Positions 58,531 through 64,000 of a stretch of 64,000 nt of DNA are shown one piece after another. The position numbers were made by a program, and so were the translations under genes. The notes under the pieces were generated by a model. It did not search any database. It was not told the DNA's origin and saw nothing but the letters and a program-made list of their open reading frames with translations. Position 1 is the stretch's first letter. Every line of letters starts with the position of its first letter. This DNA is from an uncultured Verrucomicrobiae bacterium (lineage in GTDB: Bacteria > Verrucomicrobiota > Verrucomicrobiia > Limisphaerales > UBA11358): the NCBI GenBank assembly GCA_963786375.1, contig CAWAYP010000008.1, positions 659 to 64,658 of the forward strand. Direction: 5' to 3'.

Positions 58531-59218
58531 ATTCAAACTGAGGGCGTTGGCCGTCAGCAAAATAAACGAACGGCCAGTCTTCGGGGCGTGGGGCCAGTTC
58601 TTTCCGCACGGGATTTTGCAGGATGTAATCTGCCTTTTCACGGCGACTTTCCTCATGCCTCAACCGATGTTCGAAAAAATCACGTTGCCATTGGATGCCC
58701 AATTGCCGGGCTGTCCACCGTTTCCAAGAACTCACGACCTCCTGCAACGTGCGTTCCGCCCGCTGAACGCGCGCGGGGACGCCTCGGCGAGACATCCCTA
58801 CCGGGTAGGGACACGTCGCCGACGTGTCTGCGCCCCCGGCGGGCGCAGTTCCGGCAGCTTTACCGCCGGAGATCTCCCGGCCTGGCGTTCCTACCGGATT
58901 CGTTGGTAGGGACATCTCGCCGAGATGTCCGCCCTCCTCCCGGACGCCTGAGCCAGGCGTCCCTACCATGAGATTTGCGGGTGGAAAGGCAATCAAGGCA
59001 TGAACATGGTCGGGCATGAGGAGAAATAAATGGGCAAACCAGATGAATTGTTCGTTGCGGAAACGGACGCTGTCCAGCAATGGCCCGGCAACGTCGGGCC
59101 TGGCAAGATGATTGATTTCCCGGGGCTGGCAATTGACGGTGACGAAGCAAATTTCCAGTTGAGGATCAACCCACAACGGAATTTCGTGCGGCAACATCTT
59201 CCTGCGGGGAACAAACAC
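58526..59218 (-). CDS. REP-associated tyrosine transposase (RAYT), copy 2, carrying an in-frame family A repeat insert
   Basis: N-terminal LPHEIPLW...ICFVTVN, HUH motif LMPDHVHALI and tyrosine motif ADYILQNPVRKELA..DWPF. About 72 codons (58752-58968) are repeat-derived. Confidence 0.75.
   Translation of the reverse strand: MFVPRRKMLPHEIPLWVDPQLEICFVTVNCQPREINHLARPDVAGPLLDSVRFRNEQFIWFAHLFLLMPDHVHALIAFPPANLMVGTPGSGVREEGGHLGEMSLPTNPVGTPGREISGGKAAGTAPAGGADTSATCPYPVGMSRRGVPARVQRAERTLQEVVSSWKRWTARQLGIQWQRDFFEHRLRHEESRREKADYILQNPVRKELAPRPEDWPFVYFADGQRPQFEW
58752..58968. repeat. Family A repeat block inside RAYT copy 2
   Basis: Contains gggtagggacacgtcgccgacgtgtc..., ggtagggacatctcgccgagatgtcc and ggacgcctgagccaggcgtccctacc. 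Confidence 0.8.
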
Positions 59219-59270
59219 GGAAAAATAGTAGGACCGTCAAAAATGAGACGCAACGCCAAAGTATTTTTAT

Positions 59271-59642
59271 GGTAGGGCCAGCGCGCTGCGCCGTCCGCGC
59301 CCCAAGGGCGCAACGTTCCGGCGGCTTTACCGCCGGGGACATCGCAGCGCGATGTCCCTACCACTTTGCAATGGTTCGGTAGGGACATCTCGCCGAGATG
59401 TCCTGCGCCGTGTTCAGCGGCGCAATTGAAGATTCGGAAAGTCACGCGCTTTCGTTCCGCCCGCTCTGCGCGGGCGGGGACGGCTGAGCCAGCCGTCCCT
59501 ACCAAGCCGATATTTGGGTAGGGACATTTCGCCGAGATGTCCTGCGCCGCCTTCAGCGGCGCAATTGAAGGTTCGGGAAGTCGCGCGGTTTCGTTCCGCC
59601 CGCTCTGCGCGGGCGGGGACGGCGCAGCGCGCCGTCCCTACC
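59271..59642. repeat. Family A repeat array 3
   Basis: One four-hairpin unit followed by two long modules (59379-59504 and 59516-59642), ending in gtccctacc. Confidence 0.85.
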
Positions 59643-59649
59643 TTGAAAT

Positions 59650-59680
59650 AAAAAAACCCGCTCTTCCTCGGAAGAGCGGG
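59650..59680 (-). terminator. Rho-independent terminator of the PEP-CTERM gene 59715..60338
   Basis: cccgctcttc-ctcg-gaagagcggg (59657-59680) with a T run after the hairpin on the minus strand. Confidence 0.65.
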
Positions 59681-59714
59681 AATTCTGAAAAAAGCAACTT
59701 GATTGCCTTTTAAC

Positions 59715-60338
59715 TTAGGCCTGTTTGCGGCGGAACAGCATCAGCGCTGCCAAACCCAAACCACCCAACGCCATCGTCGTTGGCTCTGGCACTGGTGAGC
59801 CTGTCAGCACCACGCCCGGCATATTCGCCGCATAATCAGGTGGTAGAGCAGTTGACGTGAGTCCAAAACCACCAGCAGCGGTAGTTTCCTGCCACAAGGC
59901 TGAATAGCCTTTGACCGTAGCTAGGGCAAAAGTTGCTCCCGTCGTCGTGTCCCAAGCTTCATACATGAACGTCACGTTGCCCGAACTCCATCCGGTTATA
60001 ATCTGGTTTCCCGCAGAGAAGAATCCGCCAGGACCGACACCATAAGTGGCACCAGCATTTGCGCTAGTGCTGATAAACCCAGTGATGCCTGCCGTGGATG
60101 ACCCAGCGAAAGATGCCGCGCTGGTGCTGACAGTGCCAAGCTCGTAGAATAACTGAACTTCCACGCTTGCGCTGTCAACGTTGTTACCAACGGTATACCC
60201 GCTATTGGCACCCCACGTCACTTGGTCTGTCGTATAGGTGGCCGAGGAATAGTTGTTGAATAAGATTTGCCCTTGCCCAAAGGCGGCAATGCCCGAGGCT
60301 GCGATTCCAAGTACTGATAATACGATTGCTTTTTTCAT
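59715..60338 (-). CDS. PEP-CTERM sorting-domain secreted protein
   Basis: Signal peptide MKKAIVLSVLGIAASGIAAFG and C-terminal VPEPTTMALGGLGLAALMLFRRKQA. Confidence 0.8.
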   Translation of the reverse strand: MKKAIVLSVLGIAASGIAAFGQGQILFNNYSSATYTTDQVTWGANSGYTVGNNVDSASVEVQLFYELGTVSTSAASFAGSSTAGITGFISTSANAGATYGVGPGGFFSAGNQIITGWSSGNVTFMYEAWDTTTGATFALATVKGYSALWQETTAAGGFGLTSTALPPDYAANMPGVVLTGSPVPEPTTMALGGLGLAALMLFRRKQA

Positions 60339-60393
60339 ACTAGTTTTTTTTTGGTTTTAGGTTTGTTTCTTTAAATTGTTTATTCGGTTAATT

Positions 60394-61053
60394 CTAGCTG
60401 CTGGGCAAACTCTGAATCAGAGTGGCTCCAGCAGTCGGCGGAGTGATGAAGAAACCTTGGCCCACCGAAATACTGAAAACACTTGGAGTCCAAACACCAC
60501 CGAGTTTCTCAGTGCTGCTATAGGTGGAACTGCCAGGATTCCAGACACTAATGGTGGTCTTGTTTGGCAAAGTTCCAAGATCAATGTTGCTGGTATCAGC
60601 CAATGTCCCTGAATACGGAATCGGGCTGCAAATCAACGACTGCACACTGCCGGCATAGGTATTGGTAACGCTGGCACCTACGTTCGCAGTAACAGTCCCG
60701 ACAAATGTGTTTGTCTGAGCTCCCGCTGACGCGGAGGTTTGAATGAAGAACCCTTGACCAACAGCTATCTGAGGATCACTCGGAGTCCACACGCCACCGA
60801 GCTTTTCTGTAGATGCAAACGTGCTGCCAGTCCATGTGGCAATGGTTGTTTTATTCGGCAGGGTGCCCAATAGTGTGGCGACGTCGTTCGAGGTGCCGTT
60901 AATCAATTGGTTGCCCACCAAGGTCTGCTGACCCGCAACCAACGGAATATTGTAATATCCCACCACATTGGCGGAATAAACCGGTGAAGCGTTTGAAGAA
61001 ACCACGCCTGCGGCAAGGGCCGCCGCCGCAAATAATAGTATTTTTGTTCTCAT
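60394..61053 (-). CDS. Secreted protein with two tandem internal domain repeats
   Basis: Signal peptide MRTKILLFAAAALAAGVVSSNA at ATG 61053. The block LGTLPNKTTI..W..GS..STEKLGGVWTPS...VGQGFFI occurs twice. Confidence 0.65.
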   Translation of the reverse strand: MRTKILLFAAAALAAGVVSSNASPVYSANVVGYYNIPLVAGQQTLVGNQLINGTSNDVATLLGTLPNKTTIATWTGSTFASTEKLGGVWTPSDPQIAVGQGFFIQTSASAGAQTNTFVGTVTANVGASVTNTYAGSVQSLICSPIPYSGTLADTSNIDLGTLPNKTTISVWNPGSSTYSSTEKLGGVWTPSVFSISVGQGFFITPPTAGATLIQSLPSS

Positions 61054-61144
61054 TTGTGTTTTGTTTTGTTTTACCGTGTGTGTCATCAATAGAGCTAAGG
61101 AGTTTGTTCGAATTCCTGCCGGTGCACAAGTCGGTTGAGTAGTA

Positions 61145-61169
61145 TCAAAAGTAGTATTACGTTGCCTGA
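61145..61169. repeat. Left copy of an imperfect direct repeat flanking the integrase module
   Basis: tcaaaagtagtattacgttgcctga versus tcaaaagtagtaacacgttgcctgg at 63310-63334 (22 of 25 match). Similarity extends a few nt on each side. Confidence 0.6.
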
Positions 61170-61474
61170 CGCTGTGCGAGCGCGACGCGGCGGGTGTCTG
61201 GCAGGTCAAACGCAACGTGGATTTGCCGGTGGCTGATTTTAATGGCCTGCGATCAGTATCCCTCGGTGGGCCGAACATGCAGAGCATCGCGTTTCTCGGC
61301 CAGAATGCCGTTGCCTGGATGCCGCTGGGCGGCGAAGTCTGGCATCTGGAAGCGCTTGATGGATACGACACGCCCGTCAAAGACGGTTATTTGAATGACG
61401 TGACCACCGGCGACGGGAAAAACGATCTGATCGTGGTGGTTCACGACCGGATTCTCGTTTATCCGTCCAAATAG
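61163..61474 (+). pseudogene. Diverged 3' fragment of an FG-GAP protein gene (paralog of 40918..43245) with an internal deletion
   Basis: LTLCERDAAGVW...GQNAVAWMPLGGEVWHLEALDGYDTPVKDGYLNDVTTGD-GKNDLIVVVHDRILVYPSK* parallels the last roughly 170 residues of the 795-aa ORF, minus the segment between its two GD-G sites. Confidence 0.75.
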
Positions 61475-61657
61475 AGAACCAGTTGATCGCTTTCTCTCTT
61501 CGCGCTTTGGGAAGTTAACCCATCTTCCCCAGTTCGAGGAACCGTGAAAGCGATTTGCAGGCGTTTTTGAGCCGTCACGAAACGGGGGGCGCGGGTGCGG
61601 CGCAAGCCGGGTGGGCAGGTAAAGCAGCGTCAAGAACCCCGAATAAAACCTTTTCTG

Positions 61658-61833
61658 CTACTTTTTACGCGCGGCGGCGAGAAGCGCGTTGCTCAGCCAG
61701 TCTGGTCTTCGTTTGGCCGGAAGCACGGACAGCCGCCGTCCACGTCCTGCGCTTCTTCGGGCGGCAATCGAACGGCAAAGAGAACTGCGACGCCCTTTTT
61801 GGACAGCCGGGGCCGGCCCATTTTCTTTTTCAT
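61658..61833 (-). pseudogene. Small ribbon-helix-helix-like DNA-binding gene, apparently with two frameshifts
   Basis: MKKKMGRPRLSKKGVAVLFAVRLPPEEAQDV.., then in other frames AAVRASGQTKT and WLSNALLAAARKK*. It is divergent from the integrase. Confidence 0.4.
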
Positions 61834-61845
61834 AGAAACTTAGAT

Positions 61846-61859
61846 ATTTGTTAACAAAT
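61846..61859. promoter_or_regulatory. Perfect 14-nt palindrome ATTTGTTAACAAAT between the divergent RHH-like gene and the integrase (candidate operator)
   Basis: Read directly. It lies 13 nt upstream of the RHH start and just before a TTGACA at 61863-61868. Confidence 0.4.
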
Positions 61860-61907
61860 GTCTTGACACCATCCGATTTTCGTTAACATAAGTCTAGTCT
61901 CGACAAT

Positions 61908-63371
61908 TTGAGTCTGAGTTGTGCCAGAACAACACCCGCACGTCCCTGTCAAGACAAGCGGACCAAGGACACCAGGCGCGAATCGGTGCGGGCAATAGAA
62001 AGACTAGCAATGAAAGCATGTTCACACAAGGTCGAAAGACGCGGTTCATGGGATGAGCAACCGCCGGGAGGCGGCGGCGTGACGTTTCCAAGGGAAGTCG
62101 ACAGAAACGCGTTAGAGGCGACGCCGCCGATATTTCAACGGATCGGTGATTGTCTTTACCGGAAAGGTGGTGCCATTTACGCCCGTGTGCGGCTGAATGG
62201 CAAACCGAATTGGCGCAGCACGGGCACCGACAATCCAGCGGAAGCCCGGAAGTGGCTCGAAAAATGGCGTGGCGAGAAGTGGATGCAGGAACACGGCATT
62301 GAGGCAAAGGGTGTCATGCTACATCGCCAGCGCGTCACGGTGGGCGAATTGATGGACAGCTACGTTAGAGACGGGATGCGAACACGCAAGGGGCGCCCGA
62401 AAAGTCCGGCCACACTCAAGAATGAGCAAGCCTATCTAAAGCCATTGCGGAAATATTTCGGAAGTAAACAAGCGGCGGCAGTGTCGTTGGCGGATTGTGA
62501 CGGATACCGCGATTGGAGAATCAGCGGCGGATATCAAGCCGATGCGGAGACGGATGATATACGGAAGAAGAGGCAACGGTTGCGAGCGGGTACGCCCAGC
62601 GTTGACTTGGAGCTGACAATTTTGAGCAACGTGTTTAGTCTGGCCGTGCGGCGGGTGGTGCTTAAATCAAACCCATTGGCGGGCAGAGGCCGTTACAGTG
62701 TAGCAGAGGACACCCGGCATTGCCGAGAAGTTGCGCCGACACCGGAAGGATTAAAGCAAATTGAACACTCGCTGCGGGCAAGGAATGAGCATGGCATGGC
62801 GGACGTGGTTTGTTTCCTTGCCTACAGTGGATTGAGGATTGGTGAGGCTTTGCCGTTGGATTGGGATGCGGTGGATTGGGAACAAAAGATTTTGAAGGTC
62901 AAAAGGGAGAAACGCGGCATCATGCCCTGGGTGCCGATTCTACCCGAAATGGAGGCTTTGCTGCGCCGGATGCGGAAGCGAACCACCGGCCACTTGCTGT
63001 TTCCATCGCCATATCACCCTGACACGCCGCGCGCTGGTTCGGCAGTCAGAAATCGCCTTACGGCGGCTTGCCGTGAGCTCGGGCTGGGGCATGTAACGCC
63101 GCACGGTCTACGCTCGTACTTTGTCACGCAGGCACGTCAAAGCGGGCTTTCTGACGCCGAAATCGCCATGCTGATAGGCGACAAGACCGGCCCGGCAATC
63201 ATCGCCAAAATCTACGGTGATGTGCGGCCTGATCATTTGTTCCGGCAAGCACAGCGAATCCGGCTAACGGTGCAATCCGGCCAGGATGGTGAAAGGCAAA
63301 CGAGCAGTGTCAAAAGTAGTAACACGTTGCCTGGTGTTTCACCGTGTCCCATCGTGACGCCGGAGGCTTAA
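61908..63371 (+). CDS. Tyrosine-type site-specific recombinase/integrase (start probably internal, e.g. 62010)
   Basis: Catalytic-domain contexts GLRIGEAL, HVTPHGLRSYFVT and IAKIYGDVRPDH, with an N-terminal SAM-like arm. Confidence 0.8.
   Translation: MSLSCARTTPARPCQDKRTKDTRRESVRAIERLAMKACSHKVERRGSWDEQPPGGGGVTFPREVDRNALEATPPIFQRIGDCLYRKGGAIYARVRLNGKPNWRSTGTDNPAEARKWLEKWRGEKWMQEHGIEAKGVMLHRQRVTVGELMDSYVRDGMRTRKGRPKSPATLKNEQAYLKPLRKYFGSKQAAAVSLADCDGYRDWRISGGYQADAETDDIRKKRQRLRAGTPSVDLELTILSNVFSLAVRRVVLKSNPLAGRGRYSVAEDTRHCREVAPTPEGLKQIEHSLRARNEHGMADVVCFLAYSGLRIGEALPLDWDAVDWEQKILKVKREKRGIMPWVPILPEMEALLRRMRKRTTGHLLFPSPYHPDTPRAGSAVRNRLTAACRELGLGHVTPHGLRSYFVTQARQSGLSDAEIAMLIGDKTGPAIIAKIYGDVRPDHLFRQAQRIRLTVQSGQDGERQTSSVKSSNTLPGVSPCPIVTPEA
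63310..63334. repeat. Right copy of the direct repeat, lying within the integrase 3' end
   Basis: See 61145-61169. Confidence 0.6.
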
Positions 63372-63452
63372 ATTGTCACAAAGACCAAAATTTACAAGGG
63401 GTTTGATGCGATTTGTTGAAGTGAAATGCCCGTCGAGGCTGCTACGGACAAT

Positions 63453-63481
63453 AAAAAAAGGCTCCGAATTGCTTCGGAGCC
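63453..63481 (-). terminator. Rho-independent terminator (minus strand)
   Basis: ggctccgaa-ttgc-ttcggagcc with an A7 run on the plus strand, which is a T7 run after the hairpin on the minus strand. Confidence 0.6.
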
Positions 63482-63516
63482 TTCTTACGAAATACTATCT
63501 ACTTGCCCTATCCGCT

Positions 63517-63590
63517 TATTTGCGGCGACGGAAAGCCAACAGTGAGGCAATGCCCAGACCCGCCAGCGCGAACGTGGCCGGGACCGTGCG
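63517..63590 (-). pseudogene. Remnant of a PEP-CTERM anchor (C-terminal about 24 codons only)
   Basis: The reverse complement reads TVPATFALAGLGIASLLAFRRRK*. The body of the gene is absent. Confidence 0.4.
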
Positions 63591-63652
63591 GCAACCGGCA
63601 AGCAACTTCCGCTTGCGCCGGAAACAGCGGCATCTATGATTTTGTGGTCATC

Positions 63653-64000
63653 ATGAAGTTGAAACGCCAGTCATTGGTTTCCCAGGGCTCCATTCCCGCA
63701 TGTTGGAGACCGCCGGGCAGGCGGCTTCGCGCGGCGACCACCAACAAAGCGTCGAGATTTTGGAACGGGCCAGCCGTCTGGACCCCGGCAATCCCAATTC
63801 TCCTGCACCTGGGAGCGTTTATGGCAAGCGTTACGATTCCGCTGCCGCCGAAGGTTGTTTTGAAAAGGCCGTTCGCTTTACGACCCGGAAAACGGAGTTG
63901 CTCGCCTGGCCGGGAAGCATTGCCGGGATTTTGGAAACTATGCGTTGGCCGAACGCTAGCTTCAGCGCGCCGTGGAGCAAAACGATGCCCCGCCGGAAGC
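63653..64000 (+). pseudogene. TPR-sulfotransferase paralog 3, 5' part, with frame disruptions; runs off the window
   Basis: Same leader and start as paralogs 1 and 2 (tatgattt..catcATGAAGTTGAA). The peptide MKLKRQSLVSQGSI.. continues as MLETAGQAASRGDHQQSVEILERASRLDPGNP.. and ..GKRYDSAAAEGCFEKAVRFTTRKTE only after frame changes. Confidence 0.65.

Noticed and set aside
55866-58909. Recurrent small ORFs (MSAPQPGATFRRLYRRRHRSAMSLPNHIHPTM... and the Arg/Pro-rich ORFs at 55967-56432, 58214-58441, 58321-58971).
   Set aside because: They are translations of the family A repeat units and vary only as the repeats vary. They show no independent coding signal.
55847-59642. Regularly recurring repeats that might be a CRISPR array.
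   Set aside because: Units are contiguous or separated by other repeated modules rather than unique spacers. They are about 97-125 nt multi-hairpin palindromes, no cas genes are nearby, and the association with RAYT genes fits REP/BIME-type elements.

Overview
High-GC bacterial chromosomal window. PEP-CTERM proteins, FG-GAP and TPR giants, a four-helix-bundle cassette and the repeat families suggest a Verrucomicrobiota/PVC-like organism (inference only). It has three parts. (1) 1-17055 is one large imperfect inverted duplication centred near 8.49 kb. Both arms carry the same genes: nuclease tail, holA, STAS, FGE-like, ftsH, dusB, a 101-aa gene and a large secreted protein. Divergence is strongest at the centre and falls to zero at the distal ends. 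Both arms contain many +/-1 frameshifts, and intact copies are split between arms. (2) 18-50 kb is mostly ordinary housekeeping: mnmE, ftsB, frr, infA, parB, def, tsf, rpsB, tRNA-Glu(CUC), an HtrA-like protease, radical SAM, an FAD/FeS oxidase, and large TPR and FG-GAP proteins. (3) 50-64 kb is an accessory mosaic. It holds two REP-associated tyrosine transposase (RAYT) genes, each with its own hairpin-repeat family, an IS630 element, and a DUF433/PIN-like toxin-antitoxin cassette bracketed by a duplicated cysC 5' end. It also holds cysC with three TPR-sulfotransferase paralogs, PEP-CTERM genes and a tyrosine-integrase module with flanking direct repeats. Four hairpin-repeat families (A GTAGGGAC, B GGTGGGGCGAG, C GGAGTGCGGCAG, D CCCTCTCCCCG) are scattered through the window. 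Copies lie in frame inside dusB, mnmE, a radical SAM gene and both RAYT genes. No CRISPR array, rRNA or reverse transcriptase was seen. All calls come from reading the sequence and ORF track by eye; no searches were run.
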